Shown here: one piece after another, positions 30,674 through 39,301 of the stretch
Position numbering within the stretch: position 1 is the stretch's first letter
Layout of the letters: the number at the start of each line of letters is the position of its first letter
From: Promethearchaeota archaeon
GTDB taxonomy: Archaea > Asgardarchaeota > Lokiarchaeia > Sigyniarchaeales > SOKP01
DNA: 64,000 nt
Reading direction: 5' to 3'
Assembly: GCA_029838195.1 (NCBI GenBank)
Contig: JALGVJ010000001.1
Location: forward strand, 64,001-128,000
Notes under the pieces: generated by a model
The model's input: only the letters and a program-made list of their open reading frames with translations
Told to the model about the DNA's origin: nothing
Database searches by the model: none
Program-made: the position numbers and the translations under genes

Positions 30674-31954
30674 TTAAATTTTTGAAAGAGCTTGATCGAA
30701 ATCTTCAATTATATCCTCGGGATCTTCAAGTCCTACCGAAAAGCGGAAATGGGTGGGCGGAATGTTCATGGATCTCTTTTCCCAAGAGGCCAGGTCGATG
30801 CCCGTCATGAAAGGAGTAAATTGAATTAAGGATGTGCTGTCGCCCAAAGAAACGCCTACTTTAATTAATTTGAAATTTTCCATCAATTTTTTACAATCTT
30901 CTTCATTGCTTACTTCAAATCCAATCATCCCCCCGAAATGCTTCATTTGTTTTTTAGCTATTTCATGACCAGGATGCGATTCTAAGCCGGGATACATGAC
31001 TTTTGAGACCTTGGGGTGGTTCTCTAAATATCGACTTATTTCCATTGCATTCCGGGAGTGGCGTTCCATTCTCATGCCTAACGTGCGCATGCCACGGAGA
31101 ATGAGCCAAGCGTTAAAAGGACTGAGCACTTGTCCCTGAAGCTCTTGCCAAAAATATCGGATGTTCCTGATATGATTTTTTTCGCCAATTATGGCCCCGC
31201 CTAAGACGTCTCCGTGCCCATTTATGTATTTAGTCAAGCTCTCCACGACCAAATCCGCACCTAAGTCCAAGGGACGCTGTAGCGCCGGGGAGGCCCATGT
31301 ATTGTCCACGATCAATTTTCCGCCCACCTCATGAATTAAGGCAGCACATGCCTCTATATCAATGACATCAACGGTGGGATTGGCCGGTGTTTCGAAAAAG
31401 AGTAATTTGGTATTCTCGTCAATCGCTTTTTCCAATGCATTTAAATCCGTGAGGTCCACGCGCTTGGTCTGAATTCCTAATTGACAGTAAAGATTCGTAA
31501 AAAGCCTATAAGAACCCGTGTATTGATTTAAATGCGTTATCATGTTAGGAATGGCATCGGGCGTTGATTGAGGATAGTATTTTTTTATTTTTTCCGGGCG
31601 GATGCGTTCCAAACGCTCTTGCAGCACGCTGGAACATGCTAAGTGAACGGCGGCCATCCCTGATGCTACTGAAATTGTCGCCTCTCCCCCGTGGAGTACC
31701 GCTAATTTCTCATCAAGGGCATAAAGCGTGGGATTTTCCGTTCTCGAATAAAAATAGTGATTTTGAAGTAATTCTGATAAAGTCGCATAGGTATACGATT
31801 TTGTCGCATAAATGGGCGTTCTCAACCCATGAGAAGTTTCCGGATAAGGATCTTCTCCGGCTCGAATTGCTTGAGTGTCGAACCTCATGGCTGCCCAAGC
31901 CTGGCGAGTCTTTTCTCGTTCTTGAACGTCGTCTTTCTTTTCTTGTTCACTCAT
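30674..31954 (-). CDS. PLP-dependent Cys/Met metabolism enzyme, methionine gamma-lyase-like
   Basis: YSRTENPT, SGMAA, ETPANP, DNT, SLTKYINGHGD, VSLGD. Confidence 0.88.
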   Translation of the reverse strand: MSEQEKKDDVQEREKTRQAWAAMRFDTQAIRAGEDPYPETSHGLRTPIYATKSYTYATLSELLQNHYFYSRTENPTLYALDEKLAVLHGGEATISVASGMAAVHLACSSVLQERLERIRPEKIKKYYPQSTPDAIPNMITHLNQYTGSYRLFTNLYCQLGIQTKRVDLTDLNALEKAIDENTKLLFFETPANPTVDVIDIEACAALIHEVGGKLIVDNTWASPALQRPLDLGADLVVESLTKYINGHGDVLGGAIIGEKNHIRNIRYFWQELQGQVLSPFNAWLILRGMRTLGMRMERHSRNAMEISRYLENHPKVSKVMYPGLESHPGHEIAKKQMKHFGGMIGFEVSNEEDCKKLMENFKLIKVGVSLGDSTSLIQFTPFMTGIDLASWEKRSMNIPPTHFRFSVGLEDPEDIIEDFDQALSKI

Positions 31955-32056
31955 TTTTTATCACTTTTTTATATCATGATGATTAAATTTAATTTTTAAA
32001 ATAATAATGTTATATGCCGTAATTCTTTTTTTAGAATGAGCCTTGAGCATCGAATA

Positions 32057-33565
32057 TCATGTTCCGGGAAGATTAAGGGAATCTTTCGATTGATCTAACC
32101 CTTCTGCTATTTGATAATCTTCCATCGTTCGCTTGCTCACCATCTTAGTGTATTCTTTAATCTTCTTTTCAAGTTCGGGAGATAAACCGGGCCCTTTCTG
32201 GGTTTGGAGGATCTCGTTGACTTTCAAGCGAGCTCTTTCCATCATCGTGGTACCACCTTGTCTTAACCATGCCCCCCTTCTCTGCCGATCTGCCAATTGC
32301 GGCACGAATAATTCCTTTCTCGTATTTTTTGCGGTATGCCTCAAGCTTAAATAATTCTTCCCGCTTAAAGCAATTTCCTTGATCTGTTCAATGGCTAAAG
32401 CCTCTTCATCCATGCGAATTCCTTCTAACCCCCGCATGACGATGCTTATCAGCTCATCATCTATAACCAGCAATTCAAACGCTTCCGAAAGAGAACTCTC
32501 GTAGGTACCCGCGCATGTTATGTAATTGATTCCCGCTTGAGAAGAAAAAAATAGTGTCATGAGTCTCTCATGGCCATTCTGAATATCGAAGCATTTGGAT
32601 TCCGTCACGCAGCCCGGACCCCGTGAAGGAATGCCATAAAAACGGGCTAATTGTGCCATTCCTGCCGTAATTAACCCTGTTTCAACTGAACCCCACGCCA
32701 CATTTCCCGTAACAGGATCCATGGGCGCACTCATGGTAGAATAAAGAATTGGAGTACCAGAATTGATGAGTTGAGCAAGTACCACGGAGGAAAGAATTTC
32801 CATGTTGGATTGGATTAACACACCTGCTAAAGTCACGGGGGCTGTAGCTCCCGCACTTGCCGCAGGCGCAATTATGAGTGGTTGATTGTATTTAGCAAAA
32901 ATGAATAATCCGTTTAACATTATTCGAGTAAGATGAAGCGGACTTGTCGGATTGAAAAAACCTATCAAGCGTGGACGTTTTCTGAGTTCATCCTCTCCTC
33001 CTACAATCATGGATGTTAAATTCATCATGTCTTGACTGGCAACTCGTCCATAACATCCAAGACCGTAAGGCTTATGCGAATGTTTAGCCCATACTCTAAT
33101 GGCGTGGCAATGTAATTGCAAATAGGGGACATCATTCGGCCACACGTCAACATGACTCGCTATAATATTTTTTAAACTATCTACTATTCGAATTTGGTTA
33201 ATAGTATCTTCTAACACGCTCTTACGTACCCCTTTTTTCTTCGAAAGATCATGCATTTTAACCGGCGTGCCGACCGTGGCATGATGGATGGAATTCGTAT
33301 CAATTTTTACTTGAAAAGAACCATCGGGCCCGTATAAGGTAAAAGCATTTGGAACTTTTTTTAACTGCTCTTCCACCAAAGTTCGGGGAAATTTAATAAA
33401 AATGCTGTTTTCCCTTGTATCGGGAAGAGCTCCGTTATTAATTAATAGTTCACGAGCTTCTTCGGATTCTACTTTTACTCCCACTTCTTCTAATAAATTT
33501 AAAGTAGAGTCATGGATTACTCTTATTTCTTGTTCCGAAAGTACTTCCATTTTTTTCATCTTCAA
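32057..33565 (-). CDS. MttB-superfamily methyltransferase, non-pyrrolysine (paralog 1)
   Basis: SPL, APVTLAG, GIPSR, DIQNGHER with Arg at the Pyl-equivalent site; no in-frame TAG. Confidence 0.9.
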   Translation of the reverse strand: MKMKKMEVLSEQEIRVIHDSTLNLLEEVGVKVESEEARELLINNGALPDTRENSIFIKFPRTLVEEQLKKVPNAFTLYGPDGSFQVKIDTNSIHHATVGTPVKMHDLSKKKGVRKSVLEDTINQIRIVDSLKNIIASHVDVWPNDVPYLQLHCHAIRVWAKHSHKPYGLGCYGRVASQDMMNLTSMIVGGEDELRKRPRLIGFFNPTSPLHLTRIMLNGLFIFAKYNQPLIIAPAASAGATAPVTLAGVLIQSNMEILSSVVLAQLINSGTPILYSTMSAPMDPVTGNVAWGSVETGLITAGMAQLARFYGIPSRGPGCVTESKCFDIQNGHERLMTLFFSSQAGINYITCAGTYESSLSEAFELLVIDDELISIVMRGLEGIRMDEEALAIEQIKEIALSGKNYLSLRHTAKNTRKELFVPQLADRQRRGAWLRQGGTTMMERARLKVNEILQTQKGPGLSPELEKKIKEYTKMVSKRTMEDYQIAEGLDQSKDSLNLPGT

Positions 33566-33757
33566 GAATTTTTCACCAACATGTTCGTGTTAAAAAGAGT
33601 AATTGCTCATTATCCTTGATAATATTACATGCTTCTTAAATGCTAAAAATTCCGTTTTATGTTTTCCCGAATTATTTTGAAAAAGTTTTTTTGTCAATGG
33701 AATTTAAGTGATATTAAAAATTTAATTGCTTAAAAATTGATACACGAGTTAAAAAAA

Positions 33758-34408
33758 ATGAGTCTGGAAGAAGATATTAAAACTTCTATCTTAGAATTTG
33801 ATGAAGATGGATTAAAAAAAAGGATTGAAACTGCTCTCTCCACGAAAGAAGCAGATCCGCTAACCATTCTCAAGATTATCGGGAATGTTATGACTTTAGT
33901 AGGAGATAAATTTGAAAAGGAAGAATATTTCTTGCCCGAATTAATCATGAGCGCCAATATCGTGAAATCTGCTATTGATGAAATATTGGATCCCGCTCTG
34001 AGGAACACAGGACAGAAAAAAGAATCTTTGGGCAAGGTCGTTATCGGAACCGTAGAAGGCGACGTTCATTCAATAGGAAAAGACCTCATTGCTTCTTTCT
34101 TGTTTTCCAATGGATTCGAAGTGTACAATCTGGGAGAAGAAGTGCCCGCTGAAAAATTTATTAATAAAGCAGAGGAAGTAAATGCCCATATCATTGGTCT
34201 AAGCTCCTTGCTCACGATGTCCATGGATTTCCAAAGGCAGGTCATCCAAGAATTAAAAAAGCGAGAGCTCCGAGATAAATATAAAGTAATTGTCGGTGGC
34301 AGTCCTACTTCGGAAGAATGGGCGGAGCAAATTGGCGCCGATGGATGGGCGGATGATGCTCTTGAGACCGTGGCCCTTGTTAAAAAATTATTAAATATAA
34401 ATGAATAA
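33758..34408 (+). CDS. Cognate corrinoid (B12-binding) protein
   Basis: FLPELIMSA cap, EGDVHSIG (DxHxxG), SSLLT, VGG, IGADG. Confidence 0.95.
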   Translation: MSLEEDIKTSILEFDEDGLKKRIETALSTKEADPLTILKIIGNVMTLVGDKFEKEEYFLPELIMSANIVKSAIDEILDPALRNTGQKKESLGKVVIGTVEGDVHSIGKDLIASFLFSNGFEVYNLGEEVPAEKFINKAEEVNAHIIGLSSLLTMSMDFQRQVIQELKKRELRDKYKVIVGGSPTSEEWAEQIGADGWADDALETVALVKKLLNINE

Positions 34409-35960
34409 ATTACAAGAAAGAGAACATGTCATGAAATTCAAGCGAATAGATTTGTTTTCGAAAGATGAGATTGAAGAGATTCACGGTGCCAGCATGCAAC
34501 TTCTCTCAGAAGTGGGTATGAAAGTAGATTCTGAGGAAACACGTGTCCTCTTAGCTAAAAACGGGGCTATAGTAGATGAAAAATCTAATTTCGTGCGTTT
34601 TCCGGAATCTTTAATTAAAGAAAAACTAAAAACCGTTCCGAATTCCTTCACCTTATATGGTCCAAACGAATCATTTCATTTTGAAGTGAACACGACAAGT
34701 ACTCAATTCGGAACTATCGGTACTCCCGTAAAAATATATGACCCCCAAAGCAAAAAGGGAGTACGCAAGACCGTGATGGAAGATACCATCAAGCAGATTC
34801 GCATAGTGGACAGCTTAAAACACGTCATGGCTTCTCACGTTGATGTATGGCCAAATGATATTAATTATTTAGCCCTTCACGTGCATTGCATTTATCAATG
34901 GGCGAAAAATACGAAAAAAGCTTATGGTTTAGGATGTATTGGGAAATTAGCTTCGCAAGATATGATGAACATGGTGTCTATTGTAGCGGGAGGAGAGGAA
35001 GAAATAATTAAAAAGCCCCGCCTCATAGGGTTCATGAATCCCACATCTCCTTTACATTTGCCCCAAATCATGACGAATGGCTTTTCTATTTTCACGAAAT
35101 ATAAACAGCCAACCATTATCGCTCCCGAAGCGCTTGCAGGAACCTCTTCACCCATCACCATTGCTGGTCTCTTAGCCCAAACTAATGCTGAAATCGTGGC
35201 AAGTGTAGTTTTATCTCAAATCTATAATCCGGGAGCGCCTGTTTTTTTTGGCACGGTCTCCCACGTGACGGACATGAAAACGGGGAATTCTGCCATCGGT
35301 TCCGTTGAAACAGGGTTAATTTCCGGAGGAATTGCGCAATTAGCACGTTTTTATGGCATTCCTTCACGGGGACCTGGAGCTGTTACAGATTCTAAATTAT
35401 TAGATCTCCAAAATGGCATGGAAAGAATGCAAACGTTAATGTGGGCTGCATTGACGGGCATAAATTACGTCACGTGTGCGGGAACTTTCGAAGCAACTTT
35501 AAGTGAGGCACTGGAATTATTAGTGATTGATGATGAATTGATAGGAATGATAAAACGGGCATTAGAAGGAGTAGAGGTAAATGAAGATACGTTGGCGGTA
35601 GATTTGATAAAAAAAATTGCTTTGAGTGAAAAAAAAGGGTCGAACTTTTTAGGGGAAATGCATACCATGAAATACATGAAAAAAGAGTTATACATGGCTT
35701 CTTTATTGGATAGAAATAGGAGAAACACCTGGTATAAAAAAGGTTCTAAAGACCTCATTCAGGTGGCACGAGAAAAAGTGGAACAAATTCTTCAAACATA
35801 TGAACCTCCTGAACTAGATCCTACTATAGAGGCGAAGTTAAAAGAATATATTAAAGAGGTAGAAGCAAGAACTTTTGAATATTATAAGAAAGTAGAGGGA
35901 ATCACGTCGGGCTCGGTGTCGATAAGCGGAGTCACGGAGATCAAATCAGATGATGCATGA
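34401..35960 (+). CDS. MttB-superfamily methyltransferase, non-pyrrolysine (paralog 2)
   Basis: Shares ASHVDVWPND, NPTSPLHL, GIPSRGPG with paralog 1; DLQNGMER. Confidence 0.9.
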   Translation: MNKLQEREHVMKFKRIDLFSKDEIEEIHGASMQLLSEVGMKVDSEETRVLLAKNGAIVDEKSNFVRFPESLIKEKLKTVPNSFTLYGPNESFHFEVNTTSTQFGTIGTPVKIYDPQSKKGVRKTVMEDTIKQIRIVDSLKHVMASHVDVWPNDINYLALHVHCIYQWAKNTKKAYGLGCIGKLASQDMMNMVSIVAGGEEEIIKKPRLIGFMNPTSPLHLPQIMTNGFSIFTKYKQPTIIAPEALAGTSSPITIAGLLAQTNAEIVASVVLSQIYNPGAPVFFGTVSHVTDMKTGNSAIGSVETGLISGGIAQLARFYGIPSRGPGAVTDSKLLDLQNGMERMQTLMWAALTGINYVTCAGTFEATLSEALELLVIDDELIGMIKRALEGVEVNEDTLAVDLIKKIALSEKKGSNFLGEMHTMKYMKKELYMASLLDRNRRNTWYKKGSKDLIQVAREKVEQILQTYEPPELDPTIEAKLKEYIKEVEARTFEYYKKVEGITSGSVSISGVTEIKSDDA

Positions 35961-36153
35961 AAAAGGAAAAATTAACATGTAAAAAATGCCGCAAGGATCG
36001 AATTAACGAGGAGATAAAGGGTAAAATGGAATACGTGATTTTTTCTTTTTCTATTATAAGTTAATTAATTTTTTTTTATTTGAGGGGCAAGAAAAGCGGG
36101 AAAAAATCATCCAAAAAATTAATATTAAATTGAATATTTTAGTACCTTGTAAC

Positions 36154-36648
36154 ATGTCAGTAACCGCTATTAGGCCTAAAAATTTTAAAGAAAAAATATT
36201 CTTTCGCAAGTTAAGAACGCAAGTAGACGGAAACGCTAAAATGGAATACGCACTCACTCAAATTAGGGGAGTGGGAAGAAGATTTGCTCAAGCTATAGTT
36301 AAGGTGGCAGAAATCGATCCAAGAGCACGAATAGGCACGATTTCGGAAAAAGAATTAAATCTACTCGAAGACATAATACTGAATCCTAAGGAACACGGAA
36401 TTCCTTCTTTTCTATTAAACCGCAAAAAAGATCCACGCACGGGAGAAGATTTACAAGTCGTGGGAAACCAACTGGAGATTACCGTGAAACGCGATATTGA
36501 TAAAATGAAAAGAATTAAAAGCTATAAGGGCGTTCGCCACTACTTGGGATTAAAAGTACGAGGACAGCGTACGAAAAGTACGGGAAGACACGGTCTTGTC
36601 GTGGGCGTTATAAGAAGAAAACAAAAGCAACAAAAAGGGAAAAAGTAA
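36154..36648 (+). CDS. rps13: 30S ribosomal protein uS13
   Basis: ALTQIRGVGRR, SYKGVRHYLGLKVRGQRTKSTGR; ATG 36154. Confidence 0.97.
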   Translation: MSVTAIRPKNFKEKIFFRKLRTQVDGNAKMEYALTQIRGVGRRFAQAIVKVAEIDPRARIGTISEKELNLLEDIILNPKEHGIPSFLLNRKKDPRTGEDLQVVGNQLEITVKRDIDKMKRIKSYKGVRHYLGLKVRGQRTKSTGRHGLVVGVIRRKQKQQKGKK

Positions 36649-36661
36649 AAAGGTGATTATC

Positions 36662-37171
36662 ATGGGAGACCCAAGGAGATTAAAAAAAAAATACAAAAAA
36701 CCGAGACATCCTTTTGAAAAATCAAGAATCTTAGAAGAGCTTGAATTTTTAGGGAAATATGGATTGAGAAACAAACGCGAGTTTTGGAAAATGCGCTCGA
36801 TCTTGAGCAATTGGAGAAACATCGCACGACAGTCGAGGGCTCTGCCTAAAGAAAGAGCTATCGAAGTGCAGCAGACTTTATTAAGAAAACTTAATCGTTT
36901 AGGAATTATTGGGCCGGAAGCAGAATTTGAAGATGTCCTACTGTTGACTGTCGAAGATGTCTTAAAGAGGCGCTTACAAACGCTAGTGTATGAAAAAGGT
37001 TTAGCCAAGACTATCAATCACGCTCGTCAATTAATAGTTCACGGGCATATTCAAGTAGGAAATAAAAAAATAACCTCTCCCTCTTATTTAGTAAAATTAG
37101 AGGAAGATGATTTGATCACGTATGCGCCAAACAGTCCCTTAGCAGGGAAAAAAGTGGAAGAAGCGACATGA
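36662..37171 (+). CDS. rps4: 30S ribosomal protein uS4
   Basis: MGDPRR..YGLRNKRE, RRLQT, ARQLIVHGHI; SD AGGTGA. Confidence 0.97.
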   Translation: MGDPRRLKKKYKKPRHPFEKSRILEELEFLGKYGLRNKREFWKMRSILSNWRNIARQSRALPKERAIEVQQTLLRKLNRLGIIGPEAEFEDVLLLTVEDVLKRRLQTLVYEKGLAKTINHARQLIVHGHIQVGNKKITSPSYLVKLEEDDLITYAPNSPLAGKKVEEAT

Positions 37172-37211
37172 AAATTAGTAATTAATGAAAAAACAATGGA
37201 GTAATATTAAA

Positions 37212-37613
37212 ATGAGTGAAAAAACCACAAAGAATAGATGGGCTATTGTTCATATCTTTTCTTCTTATAATAATACAATTGTTACCGCAACTGACCTTTC
37301 GGGACAAGAAACCTTTTCAAAATGCTCCGGTGGCATGGTCGTTAAAGCAGATAGAGATGAGAGCAATCCTTATGCTGCCATGCAATGCGGCTTTCGTGTT
37401 GCGAATGACTTATTGGACAAAGGCATTGGAGCTGTTCACATAAAAGTCAGGGCTCCTGGAGGGAATAAATCCCAAACACCTGGACCGGGAGCTCAAGCTT
37501 GCATTCGTGCATTAGCACGAGCTGGACTTCATATTGGACGGATTGAAGAGGTAACACCCAAGTCTCATGATCATTGTCGTAGAAAAGGAGGACATCGAGG
37601 CAGGCGAGTATGA
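37212..37613 (+). CDS. rps11: 30S ribosomal protein uS11
   Basis: [30 protein letters not shown]. Confidence 0.97.
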   Translation: MSEKTTKNRWAIVHIFSSYNNTIVTATDLSGQETFSKCSGGMVVKADRDESNPYAAMQCGFRVANDLLDKGIGAVHIKVRAPGGNKSQTPGPGAQACIRALARAGLHIGRIEEVTPKSHDHCRRKGGHRGRRV

Positions 37614-37893
37614 TTTATTTTTTAAAAATTTTTTATACCTCCTTTAAAATTCAATATTTTTGGAAGCGTTTCTTTTCACTGTAGTTGAAATTTTCGGGCT
37701 TGCAAGCATTCAGTTCGGAAGAAGAGAAATTATTTAGAAATAATTTTTCTTTAGAAATGCTACCAAGTAGAAGTTCATCTTAATCTTGTTAATGAATGGA
37801 AAATTTTATTAATTATTTTAGCAAAATTTACATGTTACGCTTTAATATTTTTTAATTCTATTATTTTGGTAAAATTTGGAGTATTATTTCCTT

Positions 37894-39060
37894 ATGAATT
37901 CTAAAATTAAATCGATTAAATTAACACCCGTCCATGTTCCGTTTAAACCTGCTGTAAAGAAAGCCATGGCAGAGAGCGAAGGTGGATTAGGCATGGCAAT
38001 TGGCGCTGAAGAGGCATGGTTGGGGGGAGATTTCGTTATATGTCAAATTTTTGATAACCAAGGAAACATGGGAGTGGGAGAAGTATTTTTATGGCTTCCG
38101 GAGACGGGAATATCCCCAGAACAACTCATCAGTACTATTAAATCAGGACTTTACAAGTATCTTATTGGAGAAAATCCATTTAACATTAGGAAGATAAATT
38201 ATCGCATGGACATTAATCTTGCTCGTAATGACGTGGCGAAGGGCTTGTTAGACATGGCATGTTACGATTTAATGGGACAAGTAGCAAATCTTTCTGCATG
38301 TGAGTTAATGGGAGGAAGATGTGCAGAAACGATTCCTTTGGCAGCTTTAATTCCCTTAGGTTCTCCCATGTTGATGAAAGGATTAGTTAGAAGCTACTAT
38401 AAAAAAGGATATCGCACGTTCAGGTTAAAATTGGGAAAGGGGATTCAAGATGATGTTGAGATCGTGAGTATGATTAGAAAAACTTTTGCTCATGAAATAC
38501 GGTTGCGCGTGGATTATAATCAAGCCTACACACCGGCACAAGCCATTCAAGCTATAAATGCAATTGAACCTTTTCAGATTGATTATGTCGAGCAACCCGT
38601 GAGGATTGATGATTACATTGGAATGGCTCGAGTTCAAAGAAATGTTAAAATCCCTTTATTATCTCATGAAGGCTGTTTTTCCCTTCAAGATTTCATAACG
38701 TTAGTAGAAATGGGTGCGGTAAAAGTTTTAGGTATTAATTCAGAACGGCCAGGAGGGGTTTCGAAAGCATTAGATGCGTTGATTTATGCCCGGATTAGGG
38801 GATTAGGCATCGTGCTTCATAACCAACCCTTAGGAATTTCTTCGGCCTTCCAACTACACCTTCATGCTTCTCATTATTATTCAATTGAACATGCAACCGA
38901 ATTATTCGGCCAAGAAATGCTGGAAGATGATTTAATTGTTAAACCGCTTGAAATATTTAATGGTAAAGCAAAAATACCTGAGGGACAAGGATGGGGTGTT
39001 AAGTTGGATGAGTCTGCGTTAGAGAAATATGCAGTCGCTCCTCCTGAATATTTAGAATAA
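37894..39060 (+). CDS. Enolase superfamily (MR/MLE-type) enzyme with atypical active site
   Basis: LDMACYDL.G, RLK, DYNQ, EQP, PEGQGWGV. Confidence 0.88.
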   Translation: MNSKIKSIKLTPVHVPFKPAVKKAMAESEGGLGMAIGAEEAWLGGDFVICQIFDNQGNMGVGEVFLWLPETGISPEQLISTIKSGLYKYLIGENPFNIRKINYRMDINLARNDVAKGLLDMACYDLMGQVANLSACELMGGRCAETIPLAALIPLGSPMLMKGLVRSYYKKGYRTFRLKLGKGIQDDVEIVSMIRKTFAHEIRLRVDYNQAYTPAQAIQAINAIEPFQIDYVEQPVRIDDYIGMARVQRNVKIPLLSHEGCFSLQDFITLVEMGAVKVLGINSERPGGVSKALDALIYARIRGLGIVLHNQPLGISSAFQLHLHASHYYSIEHATELFGQEMLEDDLIVKPLEIFNGKAKIPEGQGWGVKLDESALEKYAVAPPEYLE

Positions 39061-39301
39061 GGGAGGAGAAAATATAGTAAATTAAAACAAAATCCAAATT
39101 AATGCATTTTCTTAATTATTTCTTCATTCTCATGGAATAAAATGATTTCATGTAAATCATTTTTCAAAATAACGTAATATAAGAAAAAATAGTACTTGTT
39201 TTTAAAATTCTTTACAAACATATAAAAAAAATTAAATTGATGAGTTTCTTTCTAAAGCATGTAAAGGATTTTTAGGAATTAAAGGGAAAAAATTATTATA
39301 A

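Noticed and set aside
32057-35960. Pyrrolysine recoding in the mttB genes
   Set aside because: No in-frame TAG; Arg occupies the equivalent position
35957-36064. 35-aa CxxC ORF overlapping the mttB stop (MKKEKLTCKKC..)
   Set aside because: Only one CxxC, runs into a T-rich terminator-like tract, no supporting homology
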